The notes under the pieces are model-generated. The model ran no database searches and had not been told where the DNA came from. It saw only the letters and a list, made by a program, of their open reading frames with translations. Of a stretch of 64,000 nt of DNA, positions 51,395 through 61,036 are shown piece by piece (the first letter of the stretch is position 1; every line of letters starts with the position of its first letter). A program made the translations under genes and the position numbers. Location: contig CBDCYI010000005.1 of NCBI GenBank assembly GCA_965224085.1, positions 1,088,001 to 1,152,000 on the forward strand. The letters run 5' to 3'. The DNA is from Candidatus Marinacidobacterales bacterium. Lineage in GTDB: Bacteria > Acidobacteriota > Vicinamibacteria > Marinacidobacterales > SMYC01.

Positions 51395-51679
51395 GTGCTG
51401 GATTATAATGCAGACGGTCTATCGGATCAAGACATTGAAAGGCTTGCGGCTCTGATGGCAAAAGACCCTAAGTTCGCGCATGAACTGGCAGACGCAATCG
51501 CGACGAGGCTCGACGAGAAGTACGGGTTCAGGCAAGGAGAGATAATCGACGACATCGAAAAAGTGTCGGGTAAAATCGACGGGCTGTCGTCAAAGCTCGA
51601 CGCGATGGGTCACCGGTTCAGCACCCTTGAGCACAATTTTGGAGTATTCGGTCAGAAGCTAGACCTCATTGGGCCGTAG
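51395..51679 (+). CDS. Hypothetical coiled-coil protein (phage/MGE-like, possibly frameshifted at the 3' end)
   Basis: RBS GGGAG; heptad pattern KIDGLSSKLDAM..; MDKRLERVEDRV continues downstream in another frame. Confidence 0.45.
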   Translation: MLDYNADGLSDQDIERLAALMAKDPKFAHELADAIATRLDEKYGFRQGEIIDDIEKVSGKIDGLSSKLDAMGHRFSTLEHNFGVFGQKLDLIGP

Positions 51680-51826
51680 GACCGAGAAGATGGATAAGCG
51701 GCTCGAACGCGTAGAGGACCGGGTCGGTAACATCAAGGTGAAGCTATGAGACCACCGATGATCATCCCCGAGCGCGACCTGGCCGGCGCCACGCCGGAGA
51801 GATTGGCCCGCGCGTTGCTGAGTCCC

Positions 51827-52775
51827 TTACGACCTCGCCATCGAACTGAGCCCGTTCTTGGCGACGAGGTCACGGTAGAGAAGTCGGTGTCCGACAAGCC
51901 GAGCGACGGTGTCGAGCATTTGGTCGAGAGTTCCTAGGTCGCGGATGTTGTGCTTCTCAGCGAACTCATTAACGTAGCGTTGTAAGTGCTTGGGGCTCAT
52001 CTTGTGGAACGCCCCCTTGTGCGCCCGCTTGAGCATCGACCAGAAGCTCTCAATCCCGTTGGTGTGCACCATTCCGTTGACGTACTCTTTGACGCTGTGC
52101 TTCACCGTCTCGTGATTGGGTAGACCGACATAGCCTCTGTGGTCGTCGGTGTAGAGCTTCGCGCTAGGATCGACATTCTTCGCGACGAAGCCTTGGAGCG
52201 TCGGTTGGTCGGTGTTGCCGATGACCTCGGCGCTGACACGGTTCGTCCGGCGGTCCTTCGCGCCGATGACGGCCGTCTTCCCTGCGGATCCTCGGCCCTT
52301 AATAGCCTGCTCGCGCTTGTGGGCGTGCTGCATGTTGCGAGCCTTCCCGCCGAAGAAGGTTTCGTCTACCTCGACAGGCCCGGCGAACGATTTGCCGTTA
52401 GGACCGCTCCACGCTTCTCGAATCCGATGGAGCATGAACCAAGCCGCGGCCTGTGAGACGCCGATGTCTCGGTGGAGCTTCATGCTCGAGACGCCTTTGA
52501 GACTAGTCAAGCAGAGGTAGATGGCGATAACCCATTTGCGGAGCGCGATCTTAGAATGGGCAATAGGGGTGCCCGTGCGAACGCTGAAGTAGCTCCGGCA
52601 GGTGGAGCACCAGTAGGGCATCGGCTTTTCGTTCGGGACTTCGCTGGTGCTGAGGCTACCGCAATGTCCGCAGCACCGAGTGCCATGCAGCCTCGAACCA
52701 TTTGGTTGCCGCTTCATCGGTCGGGAACATGTCCATGAGCTGAACAACGGTTATGCCTTCCCGGTGCCCTCGCCC
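51827..52775 (-). mobile_element. IS1595-family (ISXO2) transposase, 5' damaged
   Basis: CGHCGS..YWCSTC zinc finger, SSMKLHRD, VEVDET, YTDD, HTNGIESFWS; N-terminus frameshifted; IRs not found. Confidence 0.85.
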
Positions 52776-52859
52776 TTAGTCGCGTCTTCCACGCTTTCTT
52801 TTTCTTGATGATGACGCCACAAGGCGTCGTCGACACCGCGAGCGAAGTCGATGGCAGCG

Positions 52860-53817
52860 GTGCGGCACCGTTTTCGCGTCACGCCAGTTGCCGGCGAAAA
52901 CATGGTGGGCGATCGGCCAACCGTCCACCATCACCAGACCGACAAGCACTTGCCGGTTACGCGGTCTGCGGTCGCGACTGTAGCCGTGGGCGCCGAGCCC
53001 CGGAGGGCCTTGACCTTCGAAGTACGTCGACGTCAGGTCGTAAAACACCATGTCAACCTCAAGCGAAAACAGATCCCGCAAGCGCAAAAACAGCTCTTTC
53101 TCGATCTGTTCTTTGCGGGCATGCAGCTGGTCGAGCGTTCGGTACCATTGCTTGAGTTGGCAAAACTCCACGCGAACCCGCGGGGAGCGACTCGCTCGCC
53201 GCTCCCCATCATCGCGCCACTGCGGCACCCACCGCCGCCCCTGCCGGTCGCAGACGAAGTCGGTCTCGAGCCAGCGCGCCAGACCGTGCTCGCTTGACGG
53301 AGCACATAGCCGGTTGGCGACCAGCACCAAAGCTCGCTCGCTTAGCGCCACTCCGTCGCGCTTGCCGCGGCCTCCGAGCCGGTCGAGAATCTGCTCCAGT
53401 CCGAGCTCGCGCCACAGCGTCGCCGTCACCACCATCGGACCCCAATCCCACGCGTCTGCCCCCGCGATCTGCTCGGCTGCTCGCTCGGTGTCGGCCGGTT
53501 CACCGGCCCCAAGCAACCGATTGAGGGAGTCGAGATTGGCAACTAGGAGATCCTTGCGCCCCAAGTTGCACACTACGCGTTGCTTCGGCTTGCCGTGCTC
53601 CCGATACGACTCGACCAGGCGGACATACTCATGTTGAACCCCTTTGCCGCCTGCGGCCCGAACGATGCGGAAGAACATAACCTGTCCTCACGCATACTAC
53701 ATATCATTGTCCACGATTACAACGTATTAATGGCGCTCAAAGCACAATATCTGTCTCTACGTTTTGGGCAAATTCAACCCCCGTTCCTTTGAATTCAGTC
53801 ACTTACGAGCGTTAGGG
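52860..53817 (-). mobile_element. IS1634-family element, truncated (transposase starts at 53678)
   Basis: YVRLVESYR..GKPKQRVV.NLGR, FYDLTSTYFEG, GYSRD, VFAGN; C-terminal half missing; left end approximate. Confidence 0.8.
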
Positions 53818-54263
53818 TGCCCATAAAGGGTAAACATGGGCTAGACCTCCGCATTCGGCTCTCGGGCTTCAGCATGAAGCCGCTCGTGCGCTCGGGAAGC
53901 GTGCTGCGCTTCTCGGCCATGGCTGAGCCCGCGATGGGCGATATCGTGTTGCTACATTATCCCAGGCACAAATTGGTGGCGCACCGCGTCCTACGGCTCT
54001 CGCGCGAAAGCGTATGGACCAAAGGTGATTCGTGCGGCGCCCCCGATCCTCCCATCGCGCGGGCTCGGGTTCTGGCCGCCGCCACCTGCTTGGAGGTCGG
54101 GGCCGTCGAAATCCCACTCCAGAACCCGACGATGCGATCCTTGGGCCGGCTAGCGAGCCTTGTCTACCCCAAGCTCGTTCTGGCATTTCGTGCCTTTACC
54201 CGTCATTTCCGACCTTTTAGGCTCACGACGTGCCTTTCAAATCATACGGAATCATTACCTTAG
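53817..54263 (+). pseudogene. S24/S26 family peptidase, probably 5' truncated by IS1634
   Basis: GFSMKP, GDIV, VAHRV, TKGD. Confidence 0.7.
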
Positions 54264-54325
54264 AGTCATACGCCTCGCATTGATGAAGCAAGCGCAGACA
54301 TTCTGGAGACCCACACCCGCTTCAC

Positions 54326-55768
54326 TTGGAGAGGATCGTGATGTATAATTTTCCCCACACTCAAGAAACAACCGATGGAGCCGTCACTATGAGGGAGCCC
54401 GCTGGGCCGCAGGTTCTGATTGTCGATGATGACGCCAGCATGCAGCGGATGCTGAAGACCCGGCTCGAACGGGAGGGATACCACGTAGTCGCGGCAAACG
54501 ACGGGGACGTGGGCCTCGACCTCATCCGCAAGCAAGTCTTCAACCTGGTCATCACCGACATGAAAATGCCCAAATTGAAGGGCGACGAGCTGGCCCGGTC
54601 AATCACACAGTTCAATCCGGACATTCCAGTGATCATCATGACCGCCTATGGCGAAGTGAACGAAGCTGTCCGGCTCATGCAGGACGGCGTCTATCACTAC
54701 TTGACCAAGCCTTTCGACGTCGAAGACCTCGTCGAGAAAGCGCGTAAGGCTGTCGAGCGCCACCGCACCTACGCTGAGGTCAAGCAAGTCCGCACCAAAA
54801 TCATGAGCCGGCGCAAGTCGGACTTTATCGTGGGAGCGTGCTCAAAGATCGAAGAGCTCTTGACACAGATCTCGATCGTTGCCCAAAACGACGTCCCTGT
54901 GATCATCTACGGCGAGTCGGGCACCGGTAAGGAGCTCGTCGCGCGCGCCATCCACTACACGGGAAAACGTGCCGACAAGCCTTTCGTGGTCGAGAACTGC
55001 GGCGCGATACCCGAGAATTTGATCGAGAACGAGCTCTTCGGCCACGTGAAAGGCACTTATACGGACGCGCGGACGGATCACAAAGGTCTATTCGAAGAAG
55101 CGCATGACGGCACGCTGTTCCTCGATGAAATCGGCGAGCTTCCTCTGCCGCTGCAGGTAAAGTTTCTTCGGGTGCTCCAGGACGGCGAGTTCAAACGCAT
55201 CGGCTCGACCAGAGGCATCAAAGTCGACGTCAGGGTCATCGCCGCCACCAACAAAGATCTGATCCAAGCGATCTCGGAGAAGTCGTTCCGCGAGGATCTC
55301 TTCTACCGGTTGAACGTGATCCCGATCCACTTGCCGCCGCTACGCGAGCGCAAGGAAGACATCCCGCTTCTGATCAATCACTTCTTGACCGATTTTAACA
55401 AGGAGCTCGGCAAGATCGTAGAAGGTTTTTCGCCTGCCGCCATCCAGAAGATGATGACTTATCAGTGGCCGGGCAACATCCGTGAGCTCAAGAACAAAGT
55501 GAAGCAGGCGATGGTCTTGACGCGAAACAACGTCATTACCGCCGAAGACCTCTTCTTCCACGTCCCCGTCTCCTCGAACAAGTTCCAATCCTTCAAAGAG
55601 GCGAAGCGTGAGTTCGAGAAGGAGTACATTTCGCAAGTGCTCCGCATCTGTCAAGGCAACATTTCCCAGGCAGCGCGGCTCGCGAAGAAGGACCGCAAGG
55701 ACTTCTACGACGTGATGAAGAAGTACGGGATCGAGCCCGAAGCCTTTCGCAAGCAACAAACAGGCTGA
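54326..55768 (+). CDS. Sigma-54-dependent response regulator (NtrC/AtoC family)
   Basis: REC domain (VDDD, TDMKMP, KPF), GESGTGKE, KGTYTDA, LFLDEIGE, WPGNIREL, Fis HTH. Confidence 0.93.
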   Translation: MERIVMYNFPHTQETTDGAVTMREPAGPQVLIVDDDASMQRMLKTRLEREGYHVVAANDGDVGLDLIRKQVFNLVITDMKMPKLKGDELARSITQFNPDIPVIIMTAYGEVNEAVRLMQDGVYHYLTKPFDVEDLVEKARKAVERHRTYAEVKQVRTKIMSRRKSDFIVGACSKIEELLTQISIVAQNDVPVIIYGESGTGKELVARAIHYTGKRADKPFVVENCGAIPENLIENELFGHVKGTYTDARTDHKGLFEEAHDGTLFLDEIGELPLPLQVKFLRVLQDGEFKRIGSTRGIKVDVRVIAATNKDLIQAISEKSFREDLFYRLNVIPIHLPPLRERKEDIPLLINHFLTDFNKELGKIVEGFSPAAIQKMMTYQWPGNIRELKNKVKQAMVLTRNNVITAEDLFFHVPVSSNKFQSFKEAKREFEKEYISQVLRICQGNISQAARLAKKDRKDFYDVMKKYGIEPEAFRKQQTG

Positions 55769-56110
55769 CTGACAACCGAAAAAAGGGATGAGGTTGGCTG
55801 GCGCTTCCGGCTACCCGGCACCGGCTACCCCCGCGTGTTCGGGGCGCTTCGGAATGAGCCTCCCTCCAGGCGGGGATCTATCCGCACCTCTCTTCCTTTC
55901 CCCAGCTTGCCCTTCCCCTTTTCTTCGCGCCTCGATGTGAAGGGAAACGGGTTGTGCGGATAGAGTCAGCGTCACTACCTGTACGACTGTTACCTTGCTT
56001 CGATTGGTGCGGCTTTCGCCCACTTTCGCCGCCCGGCTCGGGGTGATAAAATCTCAAGTTACCGCGGAGCCCGCATCCCTCGCAGGGTTTGCGCTTTATC
56101 TGGAGGAATA

Positions 56111-57916
56111 ATGTCGAATGGGTACGATTTTGCTTTCGCCATTGGTGGGGCAGCCGGGCAGGGCATTGCGACCCCCGGTAACATTCTCGCGCGCATATTC
56201 GTGCGCAGGGGGATGCATCTTTACGCGTATAACGCGTACCAATCCATCATCCGTGGCGGGCACATCTTTCTAACGATCCGGGTCAAGAAAGAATCCGTCG
56301 ACAATCACGGCGACAAATTGGATCTCATCCTCGCGCTCAACCAGGACACGATGACCCGCCACGCGAAACACGTCGTCCCGGGCGGCGCCATCATCTATAA
56401 CAGCGGCAACATCACTCCCGCCGAAGACCTACAAGAGGCCGTTCAGCTCTGTGGCCTGCCGATCAAAGAGCTGACGAATGACAGTCGGAACAAGCTCTTG
56501 CAGAACACCGTCGCGCTCGGCGTCATGATCCATCTCATGGGCGTCGATTTCAGAGTTCTGGAAGACGCCCTCACGCTCCAGTTCAAGCGCAAAGGCCAAG
56601 AAGTCGTCGACGAGAACGTGAACACGGCGCGCGCGGGCTACGACTATGCGGAAGCCAATTTCACCGCGTTTCCGGCAGCTCTGCCCGAGCAAGAAATGCC
56701 TCTCGCTGTTTGGACCGGCAACGACGCTATCGGGATGGGCGGCGCGGCGGCTGGCGTAAAGTTCTACACCGCCTACCCGATGAGCCCTGCGACAGGCGTT
56801 TTACACTGGATGGCCAAGAACGCGCGTGAGTGCGGCATCATGGTGCGACAGATCGAAGACGAGATCGGTGTCGCCAACGTGGCGCTCGGCGCGGCCCAAA
56901 CGGGCGCGCGCGCGATGTGCGCGACGTCGGGCGGCGGCTTCGCCCTCATGACCGAGGCGGTCGGTGCCGCGAGCATGATGGAGATCCCGGTCGTGTTCGT
57001 CGACGTGCAACGCGCCGGTCCATCTACGGGTGTTCCGACAAAGACCGAGCAAGGCGACCTCTGGCAAGTGCTCGGCGCCAGCCAGGGCGACTTCGAACGA
57101 ATCATCGTCGCGCCGAAGAGCGCGCTCGACGCTTTCAATACCGTCGCGGAGCTTTTCAACCTTGTCGATCACTACCAGTGCCCCGCCATCATTCTCTCGG
57201 ACCTCTTGATCTCGGAAGGCACGTTCAGCGTCGACCCGGATGCGATCAACATGCAGCCCGCGATCGACCGTGGCGAGATGATCACCGAGGGCGGTTCTTC
57301 GAACGGCTACAAACGCTACCAGATGACGGAGAGCGGCATCTCACCGCGCGCTATTCCGGGTGTCCCGGGCCACGCGCACGTCGCCCCAACGGACGAGCAC
57401 GACGAGGACGGTGTTCTCATCAGTGACGAGTTCACGAACCCGCACAAGCGGCGTGAGATGGTCGAAAAGCGCGCGCGCAAACTCTCGACGTTCTTCGACA
57501 AGGTCGAAGCACCCGAGCTCGAAGGACCCGAGGATGCCGATGTCACGCTTGTCGGCTTCGGCTCGACCGAAGGCGTCATCCGCGAGGCCCGCGAGTGCCT
57601 CGAAGAGAAGGGCGTCAAGGCCAACCAGCTCGCTGTCAAGTGGATCCTGCCGTTCCACGCGGACGCAGTGTCCGAGATTTTGAACACGTCGAAAAAAAAC
57701 GTCATCGTCGAGAACAACTATTCGGGCCAGTTTCACCGCTTCCTTCGAAGCGAGACGGGCCTTTCAGTGGATGGGCACATCCGCAAATATGACGGCGAGC
57801 CCTTCCAGCCACACCACATCGTCGACGGCGTGATGCACCACTTGGGTGACAAGAAGGGCGCGTTGGCCGGAAACGACGACGGCGTCTTCGTTCCCTTTCA
57901 AGAGATCCTCGTTTAG
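56111..57916 (+). CDS. korA: 2-oxoacid:ferredoxin oxidoreductase alpha subunit
   Basis: GGAAGQG, YPMSPAT, EDEI, TSGGGFALM, QRAGPSTG. Confidence 0.92.
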   Translation: MSNGYDFAFAIGGAAGQGIATPGNILARIFVRRGMHLYAYNAYQSIIRGGHIFLTIRVKKESVDNHGDKLDLILALNQDTMTRHAKHVVPGGAIIYNSGNITPAEDLQEAVQLCGLPIKELTNDSRNKLLQNTVALGVMIHLMGVDFRVLEDALTLQFKRKGQEVVDENVNTARAGYDYAEANFTAFPAALPEQEMPLAVWTGNDAIGMGGAAAGVKFYTAYPMSPATGVLHWMAKNARECGIMVRQIEDEIGVANVALGAAQTGARAMCATSGGGFALMTEAVGAASMMEIPVVFVDVQRAGPSTGVPTKTEQGDLWQVLGASQGDFERIIVAPKSALDAFNTVAELFNLVDHYQCPAIILSDLLISEGTFSVDPDAINMQPAIDRGEMITEGGSSNGYKRYQMTESGISPRAIPGVPGHAHVAPTDEHDEDGVLISDEFTNPHKRREMVEKRARKLSTFFDKVEAPELEGPEDADVTLVGFGSTEGVIREARECLEEKGVKANQLAVKWILPFHADAVSEILNTSKKNVIVENNYSGQFHRFLRSETGLSVDGHIRKYDGEPFQPHHIVDGVMHHLGDKKGALAGNDDGVFVPFQEILV

Positions 57917-57925
57917 GAGACTGAT

Positions 57926-58813
57926 ATGGCGACAACGACTCTACCTGAGCTCAAAGCAAAAGACTTCAAGGGCAAAGTCGATCCGGACTGGTGCCCCGGG
58001 TGCGGTGATTTCGGCCTCTTGAACTCGATCCAAAAAGCGCTGGCCGAGCTCGGTAAGAAGCCGCACGAGGTCATGTGCGTCAGCGGCATCGGCTGCTCTT
58101 CCAACTTGCCGGGTTATCTCAGCACTTATGGGATGCACACGCTCCACGGTCGCGCTCTCGCAGTGGCGACAGGCGTGAAATTCGCCAACCACGACTTGAC
58201 CGTCATCGCCGCCGGCGGTGACGGCGACGGCTATGGCATCGGCGGCAACCACTTCGCCCACACGGCGCGCCGTAACGTCGACATCACCTACCTCGTCATG
58301 AACAACCAGATCTACGGGTTGACGACGGGTCAGGTCAGCCCCGCCAGCGAGACCGGCATGAAGACGAAGTCGACACCGTTCGGCAACTTGGAGCGGCCCG
58401 TTAACGCCGTGACGACCGCGATCATGAACGGCGCAACCTTCGTGGCACGCGGGTTCTCGGGCCACGGTAAACACCTTCTATCAACGATCAAACAGGCGAT
58501 CGAGCATAACGGCTTTTCGCTCGTCGACGTGTTCAGTCCCTGCGTCACCTTCAACCACGACAACACCTACGACTTTTTCCGTCAGCGCATCAAGAAGTTG
58601 GAAGAAGAAGGCCACGATCCCTCGGACTGGAAGAGCGCCTGTGAAAAAGCCATGTCTTGGGACGACGAGATCTTCACCGGTGTCTACTATCAGGACAAAG
58701 ACGTCCCCGCGCTCAACGACCAAGAGCCCGTGCTCGAGGCCGGCCCCCTCGCGCACCAAACCCCGGGTCTGACCACAGAGCAAAGCAAGCGCATCATCAA
58801 GAGGATGATGTAG
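57926..58813 (+). CDS. korB: 2-oxoacid:ferredoxin oxidoreductase beta subunit
   Basis: WCPGCGD, SGIGCS, HGR, GDGD, SPCVTFN. Confidence 0.93.
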   Translation: MATTTLPELKAKDFKGKVDPDWCPGCGDFGLLNSIQKALAELGKKPHEVMCVSGIGCSSNLPGYLSTYGMHTLHGRALAVATGVKFANHDLTVIAAGGDGDGYGIGGNHFAHTARRNVDITYLVMNNQIYGLTTGQVSPASETGMKTKSTPFGNLERPVNAVTTAIMNGATFVARGFSGHGKHLLSTIKQAIEHNGFSLVDVFSPCVTFNHDNTYDFFRQRIKKLEEEGHDPSDWKSACEKAMSWDDEIFTGVYYQDKDVPALNDQEPVLEAGPLAHQTPGLTTEQSKRIIKRMM

Positions 58814-58827
58814 GCTCCTCCGCGTTC

Positions 58828-58869
58828 CGGCGCCATCTGCTTTCGTCGCACGTGGCGCCGTTTTTGTTT
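58828..58869 (+). terminator. Putative intrinsic terminator after korB
   Basis: CGGCGCCA...TGGCGCCG followed by TTTTTGTTT. Confidence 0.55.
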
Positions 58870-58989
58870 CGAAGAGAACTCGATTGAGTGAAACTGGACG
58901 ACATTTGCCGGCGACTTGACCCGCGGCCTCTGAGTCGATAGCATGAATGCGCTCCCCCCAATCATTCGCAAGGAAGGTTCGGTGCATAT

Positions 58990-60946
58990 TTGATGTGCCC
59001 GATTTTTGTTTGGACGAAGGAACCGGAGTGGCTCTCCGAGCGACGCTACCCCGAGATCTATCGGCACTTCTCCGAGATCTATCGGCACTTCTCCGTTGAG
59101 CGCATCGACGAGCTCCCAAAAACACCGGGCGTTCTCGTCATCGATGACGCCATCTATTCCGAGCACACAATCGCGATCGGAGCCTGGGTAGGACGCTTCG
59201 GACCCGTCTCGCCACCCATCCTGACCGAGGCGGCCGAGGACGCGCACGTGGCCGATGTCATCGGGGCCGCGGGCGAAAAAGAGCTCTGGCGCAAGCTCCG
59301 AAATGCGACGCGCAACCTCGAAGCCCGGCTCGAGCTGGACGCTTCCGAGAAGGCGGCGGAGAAGACTCGCGCCCAGCTCGAAGAACTCCACGCCATCGGC
59401 ATCGCGCTCTCCGCGGAGCGGGATCATCAGCGTTTGTTGAATCTGATCCTCAGCAAAGCGCGCGAGATCACGAGCGCGGACGCGGGCAGTCTCTTTCTCG
59501 TCGCGAGGATTGACCAAACCGTCGCGCATCCCGACGGGCGCGAAGAGCATTTCACCGCCCGATGGCTAAAATTTCGGTTGGCCCAAAATGACTCGCGCAA
59601 GCTTCGCTTCGAAGAAGAAATCTTGCCGATCAGCCCCGACAGCATCGCGGGTTACGTGGCGGAGACGGGCGAGACGCTGAACCTGGAAGATGCCTACGCG
59701 CCGCCGGCAGACAAACCTTTCGTTCACAATCGTAGCTTCGACGAAGCGACCGGTTATCGCGCCGTCTCGATGCTCGTCGTCCCGATGCAGAATCAAGAAG
59801 GCGATTGCATCGGCGTTCTTCAGCTGATCAACAAAAAGATGGCCCGAGACGCTGTGCTCGAGACCCGGGAGAGCTTTGCGCGCGAAGTACTCCCGTTCGA
59901 CGAGGACGACGAGCGTCTTGTGCGCTCGCTTGCGAGCCAAGCCGCGGTCTCCGTTGAGAACAACGATCTCTATCGGGAACGAGAGAAGCTCTTCGAGCGT
60001 TTCGTGCTCGCCGCCGTGAAGGCCATCGAGAGCCGCGACAAGACCACGCAGGGACACTCCAACCGCGTCGCGCGCATGACGAAAGAACTGGCCGTCGTTA
60101 CCACGCGAGCGGACACGGGAGTCTATTTCGCGATTCCGAATGAGCGAAGAGCAAATCCGCGAGCTGAACTACGCGGCGCTCCTCCACGATTTCGGAAAAG
60201 TCGGCGTCAAAGAAAAAGTTCTTCTGAAGGGCAAGAAGCTCTATCACGGCGAGATGGAGGGGCTGCGTCAGCGATTCAAGACGATCAAACGGACCTTCGA
60301 AGCTCAATTTCTTCGAAAAATGCTCGACCGTCTTCTTCGCGGCGACGCGACCCCCGAACAGATCCTCCGAATGAAGGAGGAGCTGGCACGGAAGCTCGTC
60401 GACGTGGACGCCGCGCGTGAGAGCGTCGAGGCCGCTAACGAGCCGAGCGTCATGGAGTCCGCCGTCTTCGAGGACCTCGACACGATCGCGAGGCTGACCT
60501 ACGAAGATGATGATGGAAGCGAACGCAACTACCTCGAGCCGACAGAGCTCGCCGCGCTTAGCCTCTCGAGAGGCACTTTGACGAGCAAAGAGCGCGACCA
60601 GATACAATCCCACGTCCAACACACATATGACTTTCTAGAAACCATCCCGTGGACGGGCGATCTGCGCAAGATCCCCGAGCTCGCACGTGGCCATCACGAA
60701 AAGCTCGATGGGAGCGGCTATCCGAAGAGTATCCAAGCAGTCGATATTCCTCCCCAGACGCGCATGATGACGATCTCCGATATTTACGACGCGCTCACCG
60801 CCAAAGACCGGCCCTATAAGCCCGCGGTCACGACCGAATCGGCCATCGGCATCCTGGAATCGGAGGCCGAAGCGGGCAAGCTCGACCGCGCCCTTCTCGA
60901 TCTATTCATCGAAGCCAAAGTCTTTCAGCAAGGGATCGTCAACTAA
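58990..60946 (+). pseudogene. GAF + HD-GYP phosphodiesterase, frameshifted near 60130
   Basis: GAF (ADAGSLF, VLQLINK), GHSNRVA, then LLHDFGK, HHEKLDGSGYP, RPYK in another frame. Confidence 0.85.
59051..59092 (+). repeat. Perfect 21-bp tandem duplication
   Basis: CCGAGATCTATCGGCACTTCT x2, encoding EIYRHFS twice. Confidence 0.9.
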
Positions 60947-60950
60947 TTCC

Positions 60951-61030
60951 CAGTCCAATCCACCGATTGGACTGTATACATACAACCCAATTGGCCATTG
61001 GTTGACACGATGACTTCTAATTGTTAGAAC
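60951..61030 (+). promoter_or_regulatory. Putative MocR operator and promoter
   Basis: Inverted repeat CAGTCCAATC-N4-GATTGGACTG; TTGACA (61002)-17 nt-TAGAAC just upstream of ATG 61037. Confidence 0.55.
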
Positions 61031-61036
61031 ATTGGC

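Noticed and set aside
56004-56019. Sigma-54 promoter TTGGTGCGGCTTTCGC before korA
   Set aside because: GG-N10-GC spacing fits but the match is weak, and an extended -10 (TGATAAAAT near 56044-56052) is at least as plausible
59051-59095. CRISPR array
   Set aside because: Two adjacent copies without a spacer, inside a CDS; no cas genes or arrays seen in the window
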